DNA of 64,000 nucleotides from assembly GCA_965197645.1 (NCBI GenBank), contig OZ240219.1, positions 1,120,001 to 1,184,000 of the forward strand. Direction: 5' to 3'. Shown here one piece after another: positions 28,056-35,656 of the stretch. This DNA comes from Dehalococcoidia bacterium (GTDB lineage Bacteria > Chloroflexota > Dehalococcoidia > Plut-88900). Positions within the stretch are counted from its first letter, which is position 1; every line of letters begins with the position of its first letter. Both the position numbers and the translations under genes were made by a program. Under the pieces are notes generated by a model, which saw nothing but the letters and a program-made list of their open reading frames with translations, searched no databases and was not told the origin of the DNA.

Positions 28056-28709
28056 ATGAACACCTCAAATCCCGATTCCGTCAAAAACCGGTACCGACTC
28101 CACGCCGCCGGATACGATAGGACCATGCGCTTCGCCGAGCGCATCCGCACCCAGGCCGTCCGTCGACTGGACCTTCAGCCCGGCGAGTCCGTCCTCGATA
28201 TCGGCTGCGGCACTGGCCTCAGCTTCGACATGATCCAGGAGGAGATCGGGCCCGAGGGCCGGCTCATCGGTGTAGACCTCAGCGCCGATATGCTGGAGAT
28301 CGCCAGGGACAAGGTGGACCAAAACGGTTGGACCAACGTGACGCTGATAGAAGGCGACGCCTTCGGCATAGATCTCCCAGAGCCGCCGGACGCCGTGCTG
28401 GCCTTCTTCGTGCCGGAGATAATGCTCTCGACTCCGACCATCGTCCGCACCCTCGATTCCCTGGCCCCGAACGGCCGGCTGGTCGCGGCGGGAGTCAAGC
28501 ACGCCCGCGGACCACTGGGACCCCTGTTCAATCTCTATTTCCAGGCGCGATTCCGCACTTGGAGATGGGTCGGCTTCCGGGGCGCGGCGAAGCGAATATT
28601 CGCCCGGGGGCAGCCGTACTCAGCGCTGGAGAGGGCCGTGGAAAGACTGGATCGGCGGGACTTTTTCTTGGGGTGTGCCTACGTCGCCCGAGCGGTGAAG
28701 CAGGAGTAG
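28056..28709 (+). CDS. Class I SAM-dependent methyltransferase
   Basis: VLDIGCGTG and IGVDLSADML motifs. ATG lies 6 nt after TATAAT, suggesting a leaderless transcript. Confidence 0.88.
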   Translation: MNTSNPDSVKNRYRLHAAGYDRTMRFAERIRTQAVRRLDLQPGESVLDIGCGTGLSFDMIQEEIGPEGRLIGVDLSADMLEIARDKVDQNGWTNVTLIEGDAFGIDLPEPPDAVLAFFVPEIMLSTPTIVRTLDSLAPNGRLVAAGVKHARGPLGPLFNLYFQARFRTWRWVGFRGAAKRIFARGQPYSALERAVERLDRRDFFLGCAYVARAVKQE

Positions 28710-28776
28710 CTGCCCTCCCACCGAAGGGCCTATCTACCAAGGATGGCCCGTGTGGGGGAGCGAAGATGAAAAGTCG

Positions 28777-28811
28777 AAGGGCGCCACGGGTATACCACCC
28801 GTGGCGCCCCT
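28777..28811 (-). terminator. Hairpin terminator after SBP copy 1
   Basis: GGGCGCCACGGG/CCCGTGGCGCCC stem, homologous to the hairpins after the other three copies. Confidence 0.7.
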
Positions 28812-28826
28812 CAGTTCCGGCCGATC

Positions 28827-30791
28827 TTACTGCCTGGCAGGGGCGTCTGCCGTGAACCAGGACTCCAGGAAAGTGTAGCCCTGGCCGGCCGAACCCTTCA
28901 TTCCGCCGGCGTTGATCAGGTAGTTGGGGTAAACGTTCTCGCTTATCCAATTGGGCATGGGCCACCAGTACAGCTTAACCGCAAAGAGCCTCTGGAGGTC
29001 CTCCACGGCCTGCCTCTTGGTCGCATCGTCTCTCGCCGCCAGTCCGGCCTCAATCAACGCGGTAAGCTCCGGATCGTCGACCCCCTGGAAGTTCAAGGTC
29101 GCGCCGGGATAGAAGGCGTTGTAGTAGAAGTCTACGGGATCCGGATAGGCCGCTGGGGTCCAATCGAAAGCCAGATCGCCTGGCCAGCTCGCAAAGTCGC
29201 TCCAGATCTGGTCGGACATCTCGGGGTAAGTTATAACCGAGAACTGGATGTCCAGTCCCAGCTCCGCCGCGTTGGACTGGAGCACCGAGGCGTTTTCCTC
29301 AAAGACGTTCTCCAGGCGGTGGAGGAACATCTCCACCTGGATCGCGTCCCCGATCTGGAATCCCTCTGGCGCCAGCCCCTCATCTATCAGCTCCTGCAAC
29401 CCCTCGTTGAACAGCGCCTTGGCCCCTGCGATGTCTACTGCGGGCTCGCCATTGGCATCCACCGGGAAATAGACTGCTCCTTCGCCCAACTCGTCCCGAG
29501 GAACGAACCAGGGATGGACGACTGCTATGTCTCTGGTCTCAACACTGGAGCCGCTGTACCACAGCTGAGGACTGCGGTCTACGATCATGTTTAACGCCTG
29601 CCGAACCTTCTGGCTCATGAAGGGGAAGACCTCCAGCTTCGGCACCAGGTATACCTCGGTGGTGAACTGCTCTACCACCGGGCGGTAGTCTGATATCAGT
29701 TCGGGACTATCCTGCAGTGCGTTGACACTCTCTGCGTCACCCGTCCACCAGCCCCAGTAATAGTAGGCCGGGCCCACGTCCAGCTCGCCGCCCCGGTACA
29801 GGGCCATCTTGGCCGCATCGTCGGCGACGAACAGCACTTCGATGTTGTCTATGTAGGGCAGGTTCTCACCGGTAATGCCGTTCGGGCCCCGCCAGTAGTC
29901 CGGGTTCCTCTCGTAGTACTGTCTAACGCCGAACTCGTGCTCCACCAGGGTCCACGGACCCGTTCCTATCACGGACTCCGGCGTCTCGAAGGTGCCGAAC
30001 TCCTCCAGCACCTCGGGCGCCTCTATGACGAAGTAGGTGTATGCGGCGTAGGGCAGCAGGCCGGACCAGGGCTGCTTGAGATTGTAAACCACGGTGTAAT
30101 TGTCCGGCGCTTCGATGCTCTCGATGAAGCCCAGTATGGCCGCGTGAGGCGAGCCCTCGGACATGTAGCGGCCGTAGGAGAACACCACGTCGTCGGCCAC
30201 CAGCTCCCGGCCGTTTACCGGAGGTATGTTCGGCCAGTGGATGCCCTGCCTCAGGTGGAAGGTGACGGTTAGCCCGTCTTCGCTTATCTCCCAGGACTCG
30301 GCCAGCTCAGGGTAAGGAGACAGGTCGGAGGAATCCAGAGGGTCGCAAACGTTGTAGGTGATCAGCTTGTTATGGGTAAAGCTCTTGGTGGCGGCGCCTT
30401 CCCAGGCGTTGTACTGGGAGGTATCGTAGGTTCCCGGATCGTAGCCGGTCAAAGTGAGGGTCCCACCATGCAGGGGCTCTGCGCCTTCCGGCGTGCACAC
30501 CGGGGGCAAGCCCCCCGCCTGTAGAACCAGATCTTCCTCTTCCAGAACAAAATCGGTTGCCTCTTCTTCGGCAACCGGCGCCTCCTCCTCCATCACCATA
30601 TCTTCCGCCGGCTCTTCCTCCATCACATCCTCTTCCATTACCTCCTCAACCGGCGTCTCCTCCGCCGCTTCCTCCATTACTTCGGGCTCTGTCGTAGGTT
30701 CTGTGGCTTCCTCGCCACAGGCCAGCGCCACCAAGGCAATAACTACGACTATGCTGGTGAGTAACCACAGTCGCCTGTTCAGTAGTTTCAT
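28827..30791 (-). CDS. ABC transporter substrate-binding lipoprotein, family 5 (copy 1)
   Basis: Lipobox ALAC, acidic linker, LAESWEISEDGLTVTFHLR, ADDVVFSY, GTGPW and NPDYW family-5 motifs. Confidence 0.93.
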   Translation of the reverse strand: MKLLNRRLWLLTSIVVVIALVALACGEEATEPTTEPEVMEEAAEETPVEEVMEEDVMEEEPAEDMVMEEEAPVAEEEATDFVLEEEDLVLQAGGLPPVCTPEGAEPLHGGTLTLTGYDPGTYDTSQYNAWEGAATKSFTHNKLITYNVCDPLDSSDLSPYPELAESWEISEDGLTVTFHLRQGIHWPNIPPVNGRELVADDVVFSYGRYMSEGSPHAAILGFIESIEAPDNYTVVYNLKQPWSGLLPYAAYTYFVIEAPEVLEEFGTFETPESVIGTGPWTLVEHEFGVRQYYERNPDYWRGPNGITGENLPYIDNIEVLFVADDAAKMALYRGGELDVGPAYYYWGWWTGDAESVNALQDSPELISDYRPVVEQFTTEVYLVPKLEVFPFMSQKVRQALNMIVDRSPQLWYSGSSVETRDIAVVHPWFVPRDELGEGAVYFPVDANGEPAVDIAGAKALFNEGLQELIDEGLAPEGFQIGDAIQVEMFLHRLENVFEENASVLQSNAAELGLDIQFSVITYPEMSDQIWSDFASWPGDLAFDWTPAAYPDPVDFYYNAFYPGATLNFQGVDDPELTALIEAGLAARDDATKRQAVEDLQRLFAVKLYWWPMPNWISENVYPNYLINAGGMKGSAGQGYTFLESWFTADAPARQ

Positions 30792-31004
30792 TCTCTAGCC
30801 TCCTGTGTGATCGTCCTCATTCCTCCACTACCCGCAGCTCTTGCCGCGGCAAGAGCCTCACAAAGTGAGACTTGCTTCTGACGGCGTTACTGCTACATTG
30901 GCCATCTCCTACCTGTCTTCGGTTAGCGGGATCGATAACAGCTTGGACAGGGGTTTCGTGGGGGCTGTTTGGGGCATTTTCCTTCTTTGCTCATACCATG
31001 TCAA
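30792..31004 (-). promoter_or_regulatory. Promoter (TTGACA-17-GAAAAT) and conserved leader of SBP copy 1
   Basis: -35 at 30999-31004, -10-like at 30976-30981, AGGAG-7nt-ATGTAGCAGTAA at 30887-30910, main SD AGGAGG. Confidence 0.7.
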
Positions 31005-31042
31005 CTTTGCTGGCCGGGTGCGGAAAACGAAGGTAAAAGGTA

Positions 31043-31078
31043 AGGGGCGCCACGGGTAGGTATACCCGTGGCGCCCCT
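31043..31078 (-). terminator. Hairpin terminator after SBP copy 2
   Basis: AGGGGCGCCACGGGTA/TACCCGTGGCGCCCCT stem with a pyrimidine-rich tail on the minus strand. Confidence 0.75.
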
Positions 31079-31117
31079 CAGTTCCGGCCGTTCTTACAGC
31101 CTACCAGGAGCGAGTAT

Positions 31118-33082
31118 CTACTGCCTGGCAGGGGCGTCTGCCGTGAACCAGGACTCCAGGAAAGTGTAGCCCTGGCCGGCCGAACCTTTCATTCCGCCGA
31201 CGTTTAAGAGGTAGTCGGGGTAAACGTTCTCACTTATCCAGTTGGGCATCGGCCACCAGTACAGCTTGACCGCCGTGACCCGCTGGAGCTCCTCCACAAC
31301 CGCCCTCTTGGTTGCGTCGTCCCTGGATGCCAGGCCGGCCTCGATCAGCTCGGTAAGCTCCGGGTCGTCAATCCCCTGGAAGTTTAAGGTCGTGCCGGGG
31401 TAGAAGGAGTTGTAGTAGAAGTCTATGGGATCGGGAAAGGTCGCGGGGGTCCAGTCGAAGGCCAGATCGCCGGGCCAGCTCGCGAAGTCGCTCCAGATCT
31501 GGTCGGACATCTCGGGGTAGGTTACAACCGAGAACTGTATGTCCATTCCCAGCTCTGCCGCGTTCGCCTGGAATACCGCGGCGTTTTGCTCGAAGAACTC
31601 CTCCAGGCGGTGGAGGTACATGCTCAGCTCGATCCGGTCTCCCACCTGGAACCCTTCAGGAGCCAGCCCGTCATCTATCAGCTCCTGCAGGCCCTCGTTG
31701 AACAGCGCCTTGGCTCCTTCGATGTCTATGGTCCGGACGCCGTCCGCACCCACCGGAAAGTAGGCTGCGCCTTCGCCCAGCTCATCCAGAGGGACGAACC
31801 AGGGGTGGACGATTGCCATGTCCCTGGTCTCTACATTGGAGCCGCCATACCACAGCTGGGGACTATGGTCTACGACCATGTTTATCGCCTGCCGAACCTT
31901 CTGGTTCATGAAGGGAAAGACCTCCAGCTTTGGCACCAGGTATACCTCGGTGGTGAAGTTCTCCACCACGGGCCGGTAGTCCGCTATCAGATCGGGCCTG
32001 TCCTGCAGGGCGTTCATGGTCTCCGGATCACCCGTCCACCAGCCCCAGTAGTAGTAGGCCGGGCCCACGTCCAACTCGCCGCCCCGGTACAAGGCTACCT
32101 TGGCTGCGTCGTCGAAGACGAACAGCACCTCGATGTTGTCTATGTAGGGCAGGCTCTCCCCGGTTATCCCATCGGGGCCTCGCCAATAGTCGGGGTTCCT
32201 CTCGTAGTACTGCCCAACGCCGAACTCGTGCTCCACCAGAATCCAGGGCCCTGTGCCTATCACCGTTTCCGGTGTCTCCAGTGTGCCGAACTCCTCCAGC
32301 ACCTCGGGCGCCTCTATGACGAAGTAGAGGTATGCGGCGTAGGGCAGCAGGCCCGACCAGGGTCGTTTGAGGTTGAACACCACGGTGTAGTTGTCCGGCG
32401 CTTCGATGCTGTCGATAAAGCCCAGTATGTCCGCGTGAGGTGATCCCTCCGCCCTGTAGCGATTGTAGGAGAACACCACGTCGTCGGCCACCAGCTCCCG
32501 GCCGTTCACCGGGGGTATGTTCTGCCAATTGACGCCCTGCCTCAGGTGGAAGGTAACCGTCAGTCCATCTTCACTTATCTCCCAGGACTCAGCCAGGTCG
32601 GGATAGGGTGAAAGGTCGGAAGCGTCCAGGCGGTCGCAAACGTGATACGAGATAAGCTTGTTGTGAGTAAAGCTCTTAGTGGCAGCGCCCTCCCAGGCGT
32701 TGAATTGGGCGGTGTCGTAAGTTCCCGGGTCGTAGCCGGTCATGGTGAGGGTACCGCCATGAATGGGTTCGGCATCTTCCGGCGTACACACCGGGGGCAA
32801 GCCCCCTGCCTGTAGGACAAGCTCTTCCTGTTCTATAATGTAGTCGATAGCATCTTCTTCGGCGGCAGGCGCCTCCTCCTCCATCACCATCTCTTCAACC
32901 GGCGCCTCCTCCGCTACTTCCTCCTCCATCACCTCCTCAACCGGCGTCTCCTCCGCCGCTTCCTCCATTACTTCGGGCTCTGTCGTAGGTTCTGTGGCTT
33001 CCTCGCCACAGGCCAGCGCCACCAGGGCAATAACTACGACTATGCTGGTGAGTAACCACAGTCGCCTGTTCAGTAGTTTCAT
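31118..33082 (-). CDS. ABC transporter substrate-binding lipoprotein, family 5 (copy 2)
   Basis: Paralog of copy 1 with the same motifs and length (654 aa). Confidence 0.93.
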   Translation of the reverse strand: MKLLNRRLWLLTSIVVVIALVALACGEEATEPTTEPEVMEEAAEETPVEEVMEEEVAEEAPVEEMVMEEEAPAAEEDAIDYIIEQEELVLQAGGLPPVCTPEDAEPIHGGTLTMTGYDPGTYDTAQFNAWEGAATKSFTHNKLISYHVCDRLDASDLSPYPDLAESWEISEDGLTVTFHLRQGVNWQNIPPVNGRELVADDVVFSYNRYRAEGSPHADILGFIDSIEAPDNYTVVFNLKRPWSGLLPYAAYLYFVIEAPEVLEEFGTLETPETVIGTGPWILVEHEFGVGQYYERNPDYWRGPDGITGESLPYIDNIEVLFVFDDAAKVALYRGGELDVGPAYYYWGWWTGDPETMNALQDRPDLIADYRPVVENFTTEVYLVPKLEVFPFMNQKVRQAINMVVDHSPQLWYGGSNVETRDMAIVHPWFVPLDELGEGAAYFPVGADGVRTIDIEGAKALFNEGLQELIDDGLAPEGFQVGDRIELSMYLHRLEEFFEQNAAVFQANAAELGMDIQFSVVTYPEMSDQIWSDFASWPGDLAFDWTPATFPDPIDFYYNSFYPGTTLNFQGIDDPELTELIEAGLASRDDATKRAVVEELQRVTAVKLYWWPMPNWISENVYPDYLLNVGGMKGSAGQGYTFLESWFTADAPARQ

Positions 33083-33296
33083 TCTCTAGCCTCCTGTGTG
33101 ATCGTCCTCATTCCTCCACTACCCGCAACCCTAGTTTGATACAACAGCCTCATAAGGAAGAGTTGGCTTTTGACGGCGTTACTGCTACATTGGCCATCTC
33201 CTACCTGTCTTCGGTTAGCGGGATCGATAACAGCTTGGACAGGGGTTTCGTGGGGGCTGTTTGGGGCATTTTCCTTCTTTGCTCATACCATGTCAA
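33083..33296 (-). promoter_or_regulatory. Promoter and conserved leader of SBP copy 2
   Basis: Identical to the copy 1 leader except 33127-33170. -35 at 33291-33296, -10-like at 33268-33273. Confidence 0.7.
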
Positions 33297-33334
33297 CTTT
33301 GCTGGCCGGGTGCGGAAATCGAAGGTAAAAGGTA

Positions 33335-33370
33335 AGGGGCGCCACGGGTATACCTACCCGTGGCGCCCCT
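33335..33370 (-). terminator. Hairpin terminator after SBP copy 3
   Basis: Same stem as 31043-31078 with the central segment reverse-complemented. Confidence 0.75.
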
Positions 33371-33388
33371 CAGTTCCGGTCGATCTTA

Positions 33389-35353
33389 CTACCTGGCCGG
33401 AGCGTCAGTCGTAAACCAGGACTCTATGAAGCTGTAGCCCTGGTTGGCGTAGCCTTTCATGGCTCCGACGTTTATCAGGTAGTCGGGGTAGATGTTCTGG
33501 CTTATCCAGTGGGGCAACGGCCACCAGTACAGCTTTGTGGCGAAAAGCCTCTGGAGGTCCTCGACGATCTCCCTTTTTGTCTCATCGTCTGTCGCCGACA
33601 GGCCAGCTTCTATCAGGGCGGTGAACTCCGGATCGTCGATACCTTGAAGGTTTCTGGACGCGCCTGGGTAGAACTGGTTGTAGTAGAACTCAATCGGGTC
33701 GGGATAGCCTGTCCACATATAGTCGAACGCCAGCTCTGATGGCCAGTTTTCAGTGGTCGTGCTCCAGAAGGTGTCAAACATCTCCTGGTACGATATCACT
33801 GTGAGCTCTGCGTCTATTCCCAGCTCCGCCAAGTTGGCCTGGAATACCGGGGCGTTATACGGGAACTGCGCATCCGTCCCCTCGGTGTACAGCTCTATCT
33901 GGATCCGGTCTCCCACTTGGAACCCTGCAGGAGCTAGACCCTGGTCTATCAGCTCCTGTAACCCCTCGTTGAGCAGCACCCGGGCTCCTTCGATGTCTAC
34001 GGTCGGGTTGCCCTCCGCATCCACCGGAAAGTACTGTGCTGCTTCGCCCAGCTCTTCCACGGGTAGGTACCAGGGGTGGAGGGACACCAGGTCCCTGGTC
34101 TCGATCTGGGCGCCGTCGAACCACAGCTGAGGACTCCGGTCTATGACCATGTTTATCGCCTGCCGCACCTTCTGGTTCATGAAGGGGAAGGCCTCGAGGT
34201 CAGGCATGATCCACATCCCGGGAGAGATGTTCTCCACCACCTCTCGGTAGTCCGATATCAGATCGGGCCTGTCTGTCAGTGCATTCATCATCTCGGGAGA
34301 TGCCGTCCACCAGCCCCAGGACCACCAGGCTGGGCCTACGTCCAACTCCCCTGCTCGATATAACGACAGCTTGGCGGAGTCCTCAGTGACGAACAACGCC
34401 TCGATGCTGTCTATGTAGGGCAGGTTCTCCCCGGTTATCCCGTTGGGGCCCCGCCAGTAGTCGGGGTTCCTCTCGAAGACCTGTTTAACCCCGATCTCAT
34501 GCTCCACCAGAATCCATGGACCCGTGCCTATCACCGACTCCGGCGTCTCCAAAGTACCTAACTCCTCCAGCACATCGGGAGCGTCGATAGGGAAGTAGTA
34601 GTAGGCTGAGTAGGCAATCAACCCCGACCAGGGTCGGTTGAGGCGGAACACCACCGTGTAGTTATCAGGGGCTTCGACGCTGTCGACAAATGCCAGTATG
34701 CCGGCGTGAGGTGATCCCTCAGCCATGTAGCGGTTGTAGGAGAACACCACGTCGTCGGCCACCAGCTCCCGGCCGTTCAGCGGGGGTATGTCCTGCCACT
34801 TCACTCCCTGCCTAAGGTGGAAGGTGACTGTCAGTCCGTCTTCGCTTGTCTCCCAGGACTCGGCCAGGTCAGGGACGGGCGTTAAGTCGGAAGATTCATG
34901 AGGGTCACAGATGTCATAATTGGTCAACTTGTTGTGGGTAAAGCTCTTGACTACGGCGCCCGACCAGATCTCCCCACCCCCGGCTGTGTCGTAGCTTCCC
35001 GGGTCATATCCGGTCAAGGTAAGGGTACCGCCCGGGATGGGGTTGGCGCCTTCTGGCGTACATATCGGAGGCAAGCCTCCCGTCAGCACAACCAGCTCTT
35101 CAACCGGCTCCTCGACCGGCGCCTCCTCCTCCATCACCATCTCTTCCTCGGCAACCGGCTCCTCCTCCATCACCATCTCTTCCTCGACGACCGGCTCCTC
35201 CTCCATCACCTCCTCAACCGGCGGCGCCTCCACCTCCTCCGCTACCTCAGGGACTGGCGTAGGCGCAGCTTCCTCGCCGCAGGCCAGCGCCACCAGGGCG
35301 ATAACGACGACTATACTGGTGAATAACCACAACCGTCTGTTTAGTGATTTCAT
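33389..35353 (-). CDS. ABC transporter substrate-binding lipoprotein, family 5 (copy 3, most divergent)
   Basis: Same scaffold with divergent segments (GGGEIWSG, WWSWGWW, DYMWTGY). Confidence 0.93.
   Translation of the reverse strand: MKSLNRRLWLFTSIVVVIALVALACGEEAAPTPVPEVAEEVEAPPVEEVMEEEPVVEEEMVMEEEPVAEEEMVMEEEAPVEEPVEELVVLTGGLPPICTPEGANPIPGGTLTLTGYDPGSYDTAGGGEIWSGAVVKSFTHNKLTNYDICDPHESSDLTPVPDLAESWETSEDGLTVTFHLRQGVKWQDIPPLNGRELVADDVVFSYNRYMAEGSPHAGILAFVDSVEAPDNYTVVFRLNRPWSGLIAYSAYYYFPIDAPDVLEELGTLETPESVIGTGPWILVEHEIGVKQVFERNPDYWRGPNGITGENLPYIDSIEALFVTEDSAKLSLYRAGELDVGPAWWSWGWWTASPEMMNALTDRPDLISDYREVVENISPGMWIMPDLEAFPFMNQKVRQAINMVIDRSPQLWFDGAQIETRDLVSLHPWYLPVEELGEAAQYFPVDAEGNPTVDIEGARVLLNEGLQELIDQGLAPAGFQVGDRIQIELYTEGTDAQFPYNAPVFQANLAELGIDAELTVISYQEMFDTFWSTTTENWPSELAFDYMWTGYPDPIEFYYNQFYPGASRNLQGIDDPEFTALIEAGLSATDDETKREIVEDLQRLFATKLYWWPLPHWISQNIYPDYLINVGAMKGYANQGYSFIESWFTTDAPAR
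35123..35210. repeat. 36-bp tandem repeat (about 2.4 units) in the acidic linker of SBP copy 3
   Basis: CTCCTCCTCCATCACCATCTCTTCCTCG(GCA/ACG)ACCGG repeated, encoding PV(V/A)EEEMVMEEE. Confidence 0.85.
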
Positions 35354-35567
35354 TCTTTCGCCTCCTGTTAGATTGCCCGGATTCCTCTACCGCCCAGAGC
35401 CCCTGTTACAACAATAGCCTCAATTTAGGAACGATTGGCTTTTGGTAACGTTACTGCTACATTGACTATCTCCCACCTGTTTCGGCTAGTGGGATTGATA
35501 ACAGCTTGGACAGGGGTTTCGTGGGGGCTGTTTGGGGCATTTTCCTTCTTTGCTCATACCATGTCAA
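35354..35567 (-). promoter_or_regulatory. Promoter and conserved leader of SBP copy 3
   Basis: -35 at 35562-35567, -10-like at 35539-35544, GGGAG-7nt-ATGTAGCAGTAA at 35451-35474. Confidence 0.7.
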
Positions 35568-35603
35568 CTTTGCTGGCCGGGTGCGGAAAACGAAGGTGAA
35601 AGG

Positions 35604-35643
35604 TGAGGGGCTCCGCGAGTAGACCTACCCGCGGAGCCCCTCA
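35604..35643 (-). terminator. Hairpin terminator after SBP copy 4
   Basis: TGAGGGGCTCCGCG/CGCGGAGCCCCTCA stem with compensatory changes relative to the other copies. Confidence 0.75.
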
Positions 35644-35656
35644 GTTCCGGTCGATC

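Noticed and set aside
30858-30905. 15-aa uORF MANVAVTPSEASLTL / MANVAVTPSKANSSL
   Set aside because: There is no spacing between AGGAG and the ATG, and the ATG is ATA in copies 3 and 4. The AUG-UAG reading explains the conservation better, though this uORF is not fully excluded.
30909-30977. Possible leader peptide MPQTAPTKPLSKLLSIPLTEDR (MPRTAFTKP... in copy 4)
   Set aside because: Its ATG overlaps the predicted -10 hexamer, which sits exactly 17 nt from a TTGACA conserved in all copies, and its frame and length differ among copies. It would be revived if the TSS maps further upstream.
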